Source: a virus
Length of the DNA stretch: 64,000 bases
Virus record (IMG/VR): IMGVR_UViG_3300005253_000361
Location: 32,001 to 96,000 of that record
Strand: one strand, 5' to 3'
Shown piece by piece: positions 54,242 through 63,374 of the stretch. Position numbers and translations under genes: made by a program. How positions within the stretch are numbered: the first letter of the stretch is position 1; the number at the start of each line of letters is the position of its first letter. The notes under the pieces are model-generated. The model made no database searches. It saw only the letters and a list, made by a program, of their open reading frames with translations, and was not told the origin of the DNA.

Positions 54242-55583
54242 CTCCTTCCTGTGTGCCGAGAAATTCGGTCCTCAGGTACCGGCACTTCTCGAAATCCACC
54301 TCGGCCCGAAACAACATCCCTGCCGCTCCGGTGTCACGAGCTTTTATGATCTGGAGGCGGCCAAAATTCTTGGCTCCAACCGCGCCAGGCGGCGCAATGT
54401 CCTCAGTGAGGCGAAAAGCCCCCAGGCCGAAATCAGCGTCCTTGGCCGGCTCATACGTCAGCCCCATCATGCCGTCGTCCAGCCGCGCCTTACCTCGACC
54501 CTTTCGATTCGTATGCATGACGCAAAGCACCACGCAGTTGTACTCTCCCGCGAGGTCAGAAAGCTCGCCGAAGACATTCTTGACGTCCAGGTGGTAACTG
54601 TCCCTAGACATCCCCGCTTCCGGCTGCATCTTGCCTATGTGGTCAACAACGATGACATCGACCGCCATGCCCCCCGCCACCGCACGTTCCACCGTACGAA
54701 ACACATCCGAAGGCTTTGCGTAATTCGGAAGGTGCTTCAGAATGAGTTTCCCTACCCGAACCTCAGCCAGCTTGGCGCACGCCGCCCTGGTCTTGTCCAA
54801 CGCCCTTTCACCCCCGGCGAGAAAATCCTTCCGGCTAACCCCACCGTAATGACCGACCAACCGCGCGCTTAAAAGCTCGGAGGATTCGTCGTTGTAGCAG
54901 TACACAACATTCAGATGGATCATCGTGGCGGTACCGGCGAAGTGACTGCAGAAGGTTGACTTCCCGCCGTGCGGCGGGCCCATGATGTAACCAGTAGAGC
55001 CGCGCATGAGCCCTCCCCCAAGAGCGCGGTCGAGTGGCTCGATGCCTGTCGGGATGAAGAGCCCCTCACGCCGGTCCACAAGACCCTGTACCCGCCGCTC
55101 CATTGTGATGATGAAATCCTCCTCATCGAGCGGAGTCGGCTTCAAAAGTGCGGCCCCTCGAATCAGGAGGACGGCCTCGTCAACATCCGCGCTACCCTCC
55201 TGAACCCGCTGGACCACCTCTGACACTCGAGCGCGCAGCCGACGTTCCTGCGCCCAACGCGAAACCCGCTCCCGCACAAACTCAAAATTGACAACCTCAT
55301 CAGTCCCAATGTTGACAACCGGCGGGATGTACTCCTCCAGAATGTCGACCTCATCCTCCCGAAAAAGCTTGTCGTCAACCGCGTTCTCCAAAAGCTCAAA
55401 GAGCGTCGCCTCCGAGGGTGGCTCCTTATGCTCGAAGTAGAATTTCTGGATGATCAGCCAGAGCTTCGCGTACACCGGAAACGAAAACAGCTCGGGCTCG
55501 ATCACACCCGCGAACTCAACCAAATACTCGCGACGTAAAATCATCCTCAGAAAGTCCCTTTCAAACAGCTCGTTAAACGCCAT
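54177..55583 (-). CDS. DnaB-like replicative helicase
   Basis: IPTGIEPLDRALGGGL, GPPHGGKST, IVVDH, HTNR, IIKAR. Confidence 0.88.
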   Translation of the reverse strand: MAFNELFERDFLRMILRREYLVEFAGVIEPELFSFPVYAKLWLIIQKFYFEHKEPPSEATLFELLENAVDDKLFREDEVDILEEYIPPVVNIGTDEVVNFEFVRERVSRWAQERRLRARVSEVVQRVQEGSADVDEAVLLIRGAALLKPTPLDEEDFIITMERRVQGLVDRREGLFIPTGIEPLDRALGGGLMRGSTGYIMGPPHGGKSTFCSHFAGTATMIHLNVVYCYNDESSELLSARLVGHYGGVSRKDFLAGGERALDKTRAACAKLAEVRVGKLILKHLPNYAKPSDVFRTVERAVAGGMAVDVIVVDHIGKMQPEAGMSRDSYHLDVKNVFGELSDLAGEYNCVVLCVMHTNRKGRGKARLDDGMMGLTYEPAKDADFGLGAFRLTEDIAPPGAVGAKNFGRLQIIKARDTGAAGMLFRAEVDFEKCRYLRTEFLGTQEGVANATQPGAGRSFASPNGAAA

Positions 55584-56203
55584 CAGGCGTGAGCCTCGAT
55601 GTAACTGTCGATAGCATCGAGGTCGTATCCGGCATCCCGAATAGCCCGACGAAACGCCGCCGAGCGAAGCTCGTTCCGCGCGTCCCTCACAAGGTCCCGG
55701 CCAGCATCAAGGTTCAACTGTAGGAACCAAAAGATGCGGTACCAGGCGTCGAACTGGCATACCGGGTTCAGCAGGATGTCAAATTCCGTCGTGCCCTCGC
55801 CCATGTGGGCCCCGTACATCCGGAACCGTTGGTCTTGCGCGGCGACACGTCCGGCTGCGTCGCGCCCAATGAGGTAATCGACCCACCGCTGCTGGGCCCG
55901 CTTGCTGTACAGGCCATTGGGGTAGGGGACGGTGTCGACAAACTGCGCCGCGATGTACTCGTGGGGATCCGCCCCAATCTCCCGGATGAGATCAGCCGCA
56001 CGGACAAAGTGAATCCGATTCGGGTGACGATGCATCTCCACCTTGAGCCGGTAATAGGGCTGCGTTTCCCGGCGAGCACGGGTGTAGGTGTCGACGACAG
56101 ACCAGAACACTTGCGTATCGACAGGGTCGAGCGAGGTGTCAAACGGTTCAGCTAGCGCCAATGGAGTTCCCCCTCCTGTAAGACCTGGCAGTGTGCGGGA
56201 CAA
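55583..56203 (-). CDS. hypothetical protein (replication module)
   Basis: coupled to the helicase gene; YIAAQF...PYPN.L pattern. Confidence 0.6.
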   Translation of the reverse strand: MSRTLPGLTGGGTPLALAEPFDTSLDPVDTQVFWSVVDTYTRARRETQPYYRLKVEMHRHPNRIHFVRAADLIREIGADPHEYIAAQFVDTVPYPNGLYSKRAQQRWVDYLIGRDAAGRVAAQDQRFRMYGAHMGEGTTEFDILLNPVCQFDAWYRIFWFLQLNLDAGRDLVRDARNELRSAAFRRAIRDAGYDLDAIDSYIEAHA

Positions 56204-56261
56204 CCGGGTCAGCCTTCAACGAACTTCTCACCGAAACGAAAAGTTTCCTCGGAAACTTTCG

Positions 56262-57725
56262 CTACGCGGCGAGCTCCTCCTCCGAGAGGCTCTCCGCTTT
56301 CCGCACACTCACCCCCTCCTGCTGGTACGCGCGCTTCCGCGCCCTCGAATGCTTCTTGAGAATCTTGTGCCCGGTGTCCATGAAGTCGATCACCAGAAGA
56401 CTCTTGTCGCCGGGATTCCGAAGACCGCGCCCAAGCTTCTGCTTAGTGGCGTTCAACGACTTGCCGCCGGCCGCATTGATCAGCACCTCGATATTGGGTA
56501 CATCTATCGAATCATCGTAGATTCCGGACCCGATCACGATCCGGTGCTCGCCTGACTGGAGCCCCGTGTAGATCTTGTCGCGCCCCTTCGAGTTGCCGTG
56601 GGCGAACGGAACCTCATACCCGATGAACGCAAACAACTCGCGTAGCCGGCGCCCGTGATCAATCCGCTTCACCAGGATCAATACCTGGCGCCCACACTGC
56701 TGCGCCTGGGTCGCCGCGTCCACGATCGCGATATTGCGGACCTCATTCTCGAGAATCCCCTCGGCCTCGACGTCCCGCCAAAGCTGCGCCCGGAGCTTCC
56801 GGAGCTTGAACTGATTACCCCGGGACAGTTTGCCGGACTGCTGCAGCAGAACCAGTGCTGCGATATCCTCCTCGACCGCCGGATGGATGTCGCCCGGGAT
56901 ATGGAGCATAATCGCCGCAGCACGTGCGGAGAATCCACGCTTAATCAACGCATCCTGCGGCATCCGGTAGATCACCGGCCCGGTCGCCCCGATGAAATAG
57001 AGGTCCTTGCCGTCCTCACGACCGCCGGGCGTGCCCGACAGGCCGTAGCGGTGGTAGGCGTTCTCCGCGGTCGCGAGCGCGCCGCAGTAGGTCTTGGCGC
57101 CGACCCGATGAACCTCATCAGCAATGACCAGAAGGTAGGGACTGAGGTCGCGCTTCGACGCCTTCGTGTAGGTCATGATGACGTAGGACTTGCCCTCGCC
57201 AGTCTCGTTCGCGACGAGGTCGTCGCCGAAGCACCGGCGGAACAGCTCCGTCATCTGGCGCACACCCTCGGCCCGCACGACCAACACGATCGTCGGGACC
57301 GCGACACAGTCGTGACTCGCAAAGGATTGCACCAGCGCGGCGGCGATAATCGATTTTCCCGAATTCGTCGCGAGCCCAAGAATTCCCCGACCCTCCCGGA
57401 GCGCGACCTTGACCGCCTCCTCCTGGTAATCACGAAGCTCAATACCGTCCGGCACCACCAGCTCCGGATCCACCACGTAGCCGAGATGGGGGTCGATCTC
57501 GTATTCGATCCCGACCGCATCGAGCTGCTGCACCACGTCCCACAGCAGCCCGGTGGGGAACTGGAGCTCCTTCTCCCTGATCCGCCACAAGTGGAAATGC
57601 GAGGCACCACCGGTGAAGAACGCCTGCGGGTCGCGGGCCTTACACTGGTCCTTGATCAGCTTCGCGACCTCGCGAGGACAGCCCGGAGCCGTCACCCACG
57701 AGGCCTCAACCTGCAGTCGAATCAT
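56262..57725 (-). CDS. superfamily 2 DNA helicase (UvsW-like)
   Basis: LRDYQ, ATNSGKS, DEVH, GLSGTP, QKLGRGLR. Confidence 0.9.
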   Translation of the reverse strand: MIRLQVEASWVTAPGCPREVAKLIKDQCKARDPQAFFTGGASHFHLWRIREKELQFPTGLLWDVVQQLDAVGIEYEIDPHLGYVVDPELVVPDGIELRDYQEEAVKVALREGRGILGLATNSGKSIIAAALVQSFASHDCVAVPTIVLVVRAEGVRQMTELFRRCFGDDLVANETGEGKSYVIMTYTKASKRDLSPYLLVIADEVHRVGAKTYCGALATAENAYHRYGLSGTPGGREDGKDLYFIGATGPVIYRMPQDALIKRGFSARAAAIMLHIPGDIHPAVEEDIAALVLLQQSGKLSRGNQFKLRKLRAQLWRDVEAEGILENEVRNIAIVDAATQAQQCGRQVLILVKRIDHGRRLRELFAFIGYEVPFAHGNSKGRDKIYTGLQSGEHRIVIGSGIYDDSIDVPNIEVLINAAGGKSLNATKQKLGRGLRNPGDKSLLVIDFMDTGHKILKKHSRARKRAYQQEGVSVRKAESLSEEELAA

Positions 57726-58027
57726 TGGGGCCTCCCAAGTTTCTCGCGCCAGCGATCGTACTGCTTGCGGGCTGCGTTGTGGGTAACGTCGTAGGCCTTC
57801 TGGATGGCCTCGATAGCGTCAGCCCGAGGAATGTTGGCTCGAGCGATGGACTCCACGAACATCTTGCGAGGCCTGTCTGCAGAGACCCCAGCACCCACCG
57901 CGCAAGGCAGCCGATAAGCACACCCGATACAGGCGTCGGTCCGGTAGAACCATTCCGGCTCCCGATAGCAGAATGGCTTGGTGGGCGTCGCGTCAACCAT
58001 CAGAATCCTCGCCGTTGATCTGCTCAC
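57722..58027 (-). CDS. hypothetical protein
   Basis: C..C...C motif; ATGA overlap with the helicase gene. Confidence 0.55.
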   Translation of the reverse strand: MSRSTARILMVDATPTKPFCYREPEWFYRTDACIGCAYRLPCAVGAGVSADRPRKMFVESIARANIPRADAIEAIQKAYDVTHNAARKQYDRWREKLGRPQ

Positions 58028-58166
58028 ACAACGCCTGAATCAGACCTCGAATTTGCGTTGACCCAATACTCGTGGGCAGGTCAAAGCGGCAGGGCCTCTC
58101 CTTGTGCTTCAGCCTGCGGATAATCTGCAGGGTTCGAGCTTCAAGCTTCTTCTGATCGAGCTTCAT
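57993..58166 (-). CDS. hypothetical protein (57 aa, not in ORF track)
   Basis: GGAGGAGG RBS; MKLDQKKLEARTLQ... Confidence 0.5.
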   Translation of the reverse strand: MKLDQKKLEARTLQIIRRLKHKERPCRFDLPTSIGSTQIRGLIQALCEQINGEDSDG

Positions 58167-58327
58167 CGAACCTCCTCCACCTTCCAGCCTTTCGAGGCGC
58201 TTCGCTTTTGTCGGCAGCTACACCCCTTGGTAAGCCGCTGATCTCGAGTAACTACAACCCGGCAAAAGCACCCAAATAAATCGTCGTGCACACGACGGTC
58301 ATGCCCGCAGGCGGTGCAGAGCTTCAT
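58163..58327 (-). CDS. small Cys/His protein (54 aa, not in ORF track)
   Basis: MKLCTACGHDRRVH...C.C...CSC; ATGA-coupled. Confidence 0.55.
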   Translation of the reverse strand: MKLCTACGHDRRVHDDLFGCFCRVVVTRDQRLTKGCSCRQKRSASKGWKVEEVR

Positions 58328-58503
58328 CGAATTTTCCCTTTTAAAAACTCAAGTACGCTAAGGTCCCAGACATCAGTCGCGCTCGGGAACGACACGGCCA
58401 CCGAAAGCGCCCGCCAGCGAGAGAGGCGAAACGGAACCAGTCGAAAATTGTGATAGTCGTACCAGAGAACTCGAAGTCGCCGGCATACCCACAGAGTCTT
58501 CAT
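58324..58503 (-). CDS. hypothetical protein (59 aa, not in ORF track)
   Basis: ATGA-coupled to the SbcC stop, GGAGGAGG RBS. Confidence 0.45.
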   Translation of the reverse strand: MKTLWVCRRLRVLWYDYHNFRLVPFRLSRWRALSVAVSFPSATDVWDLSVLEFLKGKIR

Positions 58504-60377
58504 CGAACCTCCTCCACCTTCCCGATCTCAATCCGTTCGCCGTCCAGGATTCCGATATCGAAATGGCTGAGCACCAGAACCTGGTCGACGTTAATCTCGC
58601 CGAGCAACATCCCGAGCGCATCACGGTTGTCTTCGTCGATGCGGTCCAGGACCCCGTCAAGGATCATGAGATTGCCGAAGCCAATCCGCTTCGACAGGTA
58701 CTCAGCGATCGCGATCCGGAGGCAGACACACACCGTGTCGACTTGCCCGGTCGAGAAATCGGCAAGCGGATTGCCGTTGATATGGAACTCCAGATCTTCG
58801 TTGACTGTGAGACGCCAGTCGCGGCCGGCCGCCCCGTAGAGCAGACGCGTGGCCCGGTCCGCAACCCACCCGAGCGACGCCGCCATGACGCTGTCTCGGA
58901 AGTCCGGCAGGGCCTTCGTGAGCGTCTCCATGGTGTCGCGTTTGACCCGGAGCCGATCCGCCTTCCTGAGTTCCTTCTCGGCCTTGTCCAGCTTGAAGGC
59001 AGCCTCGTCGACGGCCCGGTCGGCCACCGTGACCCGTCCCAGGGCAAGCCCGTGGGCTTGCGTGGTTGAATCCAGCTGGCGCTCCTCGGCCCTGAGGTCA
59101 CGCTCGGCGGTGTCGTCCACCTCCGGCAACTGCTCCAGCGCCGTGGCCACCTCAGCGAGCTTCACCTTGTAGCGATCCCGCTTCTCCTCCAGCTCCTTCT
59201 TGCGAGCCGTGGCGGACGCCGCTTCCGACTCAGCACGATCCGCGGCCTGAAGCTCGGCAACGACCTGCTCTCGTTCCATCGCCAGGTCGTAAGCCGCGCG
59301 ATTCGCCTCCTCCGCGGCCACTTGGGCTGCGGCGCACTCGTCTGTCAGCGTACCGAGTTCGGCATCAACAGCCTCCAGAGCCGCAGCCTTGTTGCGAATG
59401 CCCCGGAGGCACAGAGGACACTTTCCTCCGTCAAGTGCATCGCGGTTCTCGGCGAGAAAGTCCCGCTGACCTGAAAGGGCCGTGGACCCCAACACACACG
59501 CGCGCGCTTCCTCGTTGGCCTCGGCGAGCCTGGTATCGATCTCTTCCAGGCTCGGCAAGTCCTGCGGATCCGGCACCTCCGGTGCCACGATCCCGGCGGC
59601 CAGCATCTCGCACTCCTCGACGATATCAGCGAACCGGATCACGTCAGCCTCCAGGGCCGTGCGTTCCCGTACCGCGTCACCGGAGAATGCGGCGCGAAGC
59701 TCCTCCACCTTCGCTGCCTGATGGGTCTTGTCTACCTCCACCGCTGCGGCCGCGACCTTCAGTCCGTCCAGCTCATCGAGCGCATCCGTGGTGAGGGTGG
59801 CGTACCCCTCCACCATCTCAGCCGTCGGAGCCTGCAGACACTGTTGGGCATAATCCGCGTGCACCATCCGAACCGCCTTGATGACGCCGTCCAAGTCCTC
59901 GAGACGGAACAGCGAAGCCACCAGCTTCTTCCGCACCGACGGGATGGCGAACACAAAATAGTCCAACTCCTTCTGGGCGGCGTACTGGACCGAGAAGCCC
60001 TCCAGATCAAGCCCGAGCGACTCCAGATACTGCTGAACGCCAGACGAGCTGTCGGCCAACGTGTCGGTGGCGGTCTCGACCCAGGCCTTACTCCCGCCGG
60101 ACTGCAATAGCTCCCGGACGAACAGATGGTCAAGCCCGTCAAGCGCGATCACAACCTCGACCCGACACTTCTCCGCGCCGTATCGGATCAGGCGTTTCTG
60201 TTGCTTCGCCTGCACCCCCTGTGCCCCCCAGAGGCACCACGCGATCGCCTCAGCGATCGAGGTCTTGCCGGCGCCGTTCGGTCCAACCAGCACGGTGGTG
60301 CCGAGACCAAACTCCAGCGAAAGATCCTCGTGAACCTTGAAATTTTTAATCGCCACAGACCGCAGTTGCGCGCTCAT
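58500..60377 (-). CDS. SbcC/Rad50-like ATPase
   Basis: GPNGAGKTS Walker A, Q-loop AAQKE, CPLC zinc hook, FSTGQ signature, LSH. Confidence 0.9.
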   Translation of the reverse strand: MSAQLRSVAIKNFKVHEDLSLEFGLGTTVLVGPNGAGKTSIAEAIAWCLWGAQGVQAKQQKRLIRYGAEKCRVEVVIALDGLDHLFVRELLQSGGSKAWVETATDTLADSSSGVQQYLESLGLDLEGFSVQYAAQKELDYFVFAIPSVRKKLVASLFRLEDLDGVIKAVRMVHADYAQQCLQAPTAEMVEGYATLTTDALDELDGLKVAAAAVEVDKTHQAAKVEELRAAFSGDAVRERTALEADVIRFADIVEECEMLAAGIVAPEVPDPQDLPSLEEIDTRLAEANEEARACVLGSTALSGQRDFLAENRDALDGGKCPLCLRGIRNKAAALEAVDAELGTLTDECAAAQVAAEEANRAAYDLAMEREQVVAELQAADRAESEAASATARKKELEEKRDRYKVKLAEVATALEQLPEVDDTAERDLRAEERQLDSTTQAHGLALGRVTVADRAVDEAAFKLDKAEKELRKADRLRVKRDTMETLTKALPDFRDSVMAASLGWVADRATRLLYGAAGRDWRLTVNEDLEFHINGNPLADFSTGQVDTVCVCLRIAIAEYLSKRIGFGNLMILDGVLDRIDEDNRDALGMLLGEINVDQVLVLSHFDIGILDGERIEIGKVEEVR

Positions 60378-60610
60378 CGTCCAAGCTCCTTCGTGCGGCG
60401 TCGCAGTGCGGACAGCAAGGTGGCAACGGTAGCCGTGGCACTAACGAACTGGTTGACCTCACAACTCAACACACCCGGCCGAAAAGCTTCTTCGCAGCAG
60501 AGCGCCGGGCGCCCGCAGGCTTCGCACCGGTGCACCGGAGGCGAAAGCGAAGGGCCGTCACCCAAGAATTCACTGAGAGGGATTGGTTTGAACTCGAAAT
60601 CGTTAGTCAT
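60374..60610 (-). CDS. small hypothetical protein
   Basis: ATGA-coupled between SbcD and SbcC; CEAC motif. Confidence 0.5.
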   Translation of the reverse strand: MTNDFEFKPIPLSEFLGDGPSLSPPVHRCEACGRPALCCEEAFRPGVLSCEVNQFVSATATVATLLSALRRRTKELGR

Positions 60611-61617
60611 CGTCCAATCTCCCTCAAAAAGTGGCGGCCGTACCGGAACACCTGAGGAGATAGCTTCTGCCGGTTGCAAAATTCCTCCCAGGAGGTCGCG
60701 ACCTCTGCGGTGCCCAGGTTGACCTGGGCTGCCACGTCGGGGCGACCAAGAAACTCCCGCTGGATCAGCGGGTGGAAATCGAGACACTTCGGATCGATCC
60801 GGGTCGGATCTCCTGCCATCCGGAGCCGAATCGCAGCCGACTCAAACCCCTCCAGCACCTCCCGCAGCTTTTCCTCCGGGCGGTCCCAGGTATCGAGGTC
60901 GAAGTCGATCGTGATGAGCTCGCGGGCCGGAGAATCCCAGGGCGTCACCTCGCCGGTATCGGTGTCGATGACCAGGATTCCGCAGTCCGAGCCCTGCTCA
61001 CCAAAATTGAGCCGCTCGAGGCCGCCGCTGTACCAGGCGCCGGGCATGATCTCCTTACGCTCATGCCAGTCGCCGAGCGCCAGGTAGGACCAGTTGTCCG
61101 GGATGCCCTCGTAGATAGCCCGCGGATGTCGGTCACTGAAAATCGCTGGCGGGTAGGGCGCGTGCACCACCAGGAAGTCGCCCTCAGGGAGCGCGGCCCA
61201 GTCGAGCGGGATGTTGTCCCAGCCCTGGTAGACGAAACGGAAGCCGTCGATGTCCTCGGTGAACTCGCCGGCGTGCATCATCTGCAGCCGACCGGTTGAA
61301 TCCGTGGCCTGCAGCGCGGCGAAGATATGACACCGTTCAGACTTGGGCGTATCGTGCTGGCCGGAAATAATCCGTACCGAGATCCCCTCGCGGGTCAGAC
61401 GGGTGATGCCCGTAATAGCCGCGAGTAGGGTTTCGTTATCGGGGTCAGGGCTGTCGAAAAAGTCGCCCGGAAACAGAGCCACCCGACAGCCCCGATCGAT
61501 GATCGTGTCGACCGCCGCGAGGAAGCAGTTGATCACGTCCTCCTTGCGGCGGGCGCTCCGGGCACCACCGAACCGCCCGAACCCCAGGTGTACGTCTGAA
61601 CAATGTGCGATCTTCAT
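60607..61617 (-). CDS. SbcD/Mre11-like nuclease
   Basis: SDVHLG, GDFFD, GQHD, ALGDWH, YSGGLER. Confidence 0.9.
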   Translation of the reverse strand: MKIAHCSDVHLGFGRFGGARSARRKEDVINCFLAAVDTIIDRGCRVALFPGDFFDSPDPDNETLLAAITGITRLTREGISVRIISGQHDTPKSERCHIFAALQATDSTGRLQMMHAGEFTEDIDGFRFVYQGWDNIPLDWAALPEGDFLVVHAPYPPAIFSDRHPRAIYEGIPDNWSYLALGDWHERKEIMPGAWYSGGLERLNFGEQGSDCGILVIDTDTGEVTPWDSPARELITIDFDLDTWDRPEEKLREVLEGFESAAIRLRMAGDPTRIDPKCLDFHPLIQREFLGRPDVAAQVNLGTAEVATSWEEFCNRQKLSPQVFRYGRHFLREIGR

Positions 61618-62612
61618 GCTCCCCCTCCTTCGGTCAAATCAAAGGGACGTGTGCCCGAGAGCAGCGCGTTCCCACAGGTGATCCGCCCCTCATCCTCCTC
61701 GCGAGAAGCGATGAAGACCAGAACGTCGTAGCCGTGTTCAACCAGCCGCTCCTCGGTCCATCGGTAGGGCTCGAACGTGGTGTAGTCGCCCTCGGTCTCG
61801 ATCCCGTTGCCCAGCGCCGCATCGGTGCGGTGCATCGGGGTGAGCTTGATCAGGTAGTGGGCGGGATCGAAGTAGCGCCGCAGCACATACGGATCGATCT
61901 CGTACCCGGCGAGCGCGAAGTTGAGCGTGATCTTCCGCCCGAGCGGGTCCGCCAACCCCTCCAGCATCTGACCGATATCGGCGAGCGATAGTGCGTTGCC
62001 GTTGAACATGTCGACACGCTCGGTCTCCGACGTCGAGTTGATACTCAGCTGCAGCCCCGCGTTGCCCCGGTAGATGTCGTTCTTGACTACCTCCAGCCAA
62101 CGCTGCAGGAAGTCGCGCAGATAGACGTTGTGGCGCGGCATCATCGTGGAGACCACCGGATGAACTCGGTACGCCGGCCAGAGGTGGTCGTAGAACCAAC
62201 AGGCCGCGTTGAGAACATGGGGGTTCCAAGTCGGTTCCCCCATCCGGGCAAAGTGAATATTCAGCCGGTCGCTCCACGGGACCTCCGGGTGGAGCGCCAG
62301 CCCCATCTGCACCTGCCGGATCATGTCGTTCAGGGTGGCGTTCTTCCCCGGCCCCACCTTGGGTACGTCGCAGAAATTGCAACCCATCGAGCAGCCGTAC
62401 TGGGTCGAGATCGTGATGACCCACTTCTGGTAAAGCGGCAACAGATCGGTGTGCTGCACCGTACCGAGCGGGCGCGTCAACCCCATCGCGTCACACTTGA
62501 CGTTGACGCCCTTCCCGTAGTCCCCCAGGGACAACAGCTCGAGTGAACCGTAGTCGCCCTGAACCACCAGGATGTCCCCCGTCGGGACCTCCACGCGCTC
62601 AATAATCTTCAT
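61614..62612 (-). CDS. RlmN/Cfr-like radical SAM protein
   Basis: ISTQYGCSMGCNFC, RMGEP, VST, LQLSIN, C-terminal TCGN. Confidence 0.8.
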   Translation of the reverse strand: MKIIERVEVPTGDILVVQGDYGSLELLSLGDYGKGVNVKCDAMGLTRPLGTVQHTDLLPLYQKWVITISTQYGCSMGCNFCDVPKVGPGKNATLNDMIRQVQMGLALHPEVPWSDRLNIHFARMGEPTWNPHVLNAACWFYDHLWPAYRVHPVVSTMMPRHNVYLRDFLQRWLEVVKNDIYRGNAGLQLSINSTSETERVDMFNGNALSLADIGQMLEGLADPLGRKITLNFALAGYEIDPYVLRRYFDPAHYLIKLTPMHRTDAALGNGIETEGDYTTFEPYRWTEERLVEHGYDVLVFIASREEDEGRITCGNALLSGTRPFDLTEGGGA

Positions 62613-63367
62613 GCTCCCCCTCCTTCATCCGGCCGGCGCCACGTCCGTCCCGTCAGGACCTGGCGTACCGTCGAAATTGAAATGTCGTGTTGTGCAGCAA
62701 GCTCGACCAGCGAAACCCCCCGGCCACCCCGGACGCGACGTGGTTGCGTCGTGTACGCCTCACGGATCTCCTGCGCGATTTCGAAGTTGATGCGGGCGTT
62801 TCCACAGTGGATGCCGCTAGGATGACCGACCTGCTGCACGTTCCACCGCTGCGGTCGAGCCCCCTGGTGCTCCGGGGCCAGACATAGCTGGTCCCCGCAG
62901 ATGTTGAAGATCTGAATGCCGTCCGGAACCGCTCCGTAGGTGAGCTCAACCGCGGCACGCCGGGCCGAAACCGAGGTACCGCCGAGTCCCAGCTTTGGCT
63001 GCGGGCACGTGTGACCCCGACCGGCGTGGCCGGCCCAGATCCAACACCCCTCAGGGGAGCGCTCCACCTTCGCGAGCAGCCGATCCCCGACGCCATTCTC
63101 GAGCGCGCGACACCGCTCTTCCGAACGAGCCACCCCCATCGTGGTGCAGTACTGACCCGACAACAGCTTGCTCGCCAGCACCCCCCGGTGGAGCCATGCC
63201 GTCAGGGTCTCGATCGTGTGGGTTTTGACTTCACGCACGACTTCCCGAGTCGACGGGGCGCGGCGGAACACCCCCGCGAGGTCGCAACCCCCCAGTACAC
63301 CGGTGCCCCCGTCATGCTCCACGGCACGCTTGAGCGCGATGTCGAACGCCTTAACCTTCAGCCCCAT
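62609..63367 (-). CDS. HNH-endonuclease-like protein (degenerate) with C-terminal HTH
   Basis: KVERSPEGCWIWAG...ARRAA.ELTYG.VP...C....C..PEH; ELAAQHDISISTV; start uncertain. Confidence 0.65.
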   Translation of the reverse strand: MGLKVKAFDIALKRAVEHDGGTGVLGGCDLAGVFRRAPSTREVVREVKTHTIETLTAWLHRGVLASKLLSGQYCTTMGVARSEERCRALENGVGDRLLAKVERSPEGCWIWAGHAGRGHTCPQPKLGLGGTSVSARRAAVELTYGAVPDGIQIFNICGDQLCLAPEHQGARPQRWNVQQVGHPSGIHCGNARINFEIAQEIREAYTTQPRRVRGGRGVSLVELAAQHDISISTVRQVLTGRTWRRPDEGGGA

Positions 63368-63374
63368 AACGGCC

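Larger units (their letters stand above)
58161..58522. repeat. 25-bp direct repeat at two gene junctions (58161-58185 and 58498-58522)
   Basis: CTTCATCGAACCTCCTCCACCTTCC occurs twice. Confidence 0.85.
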
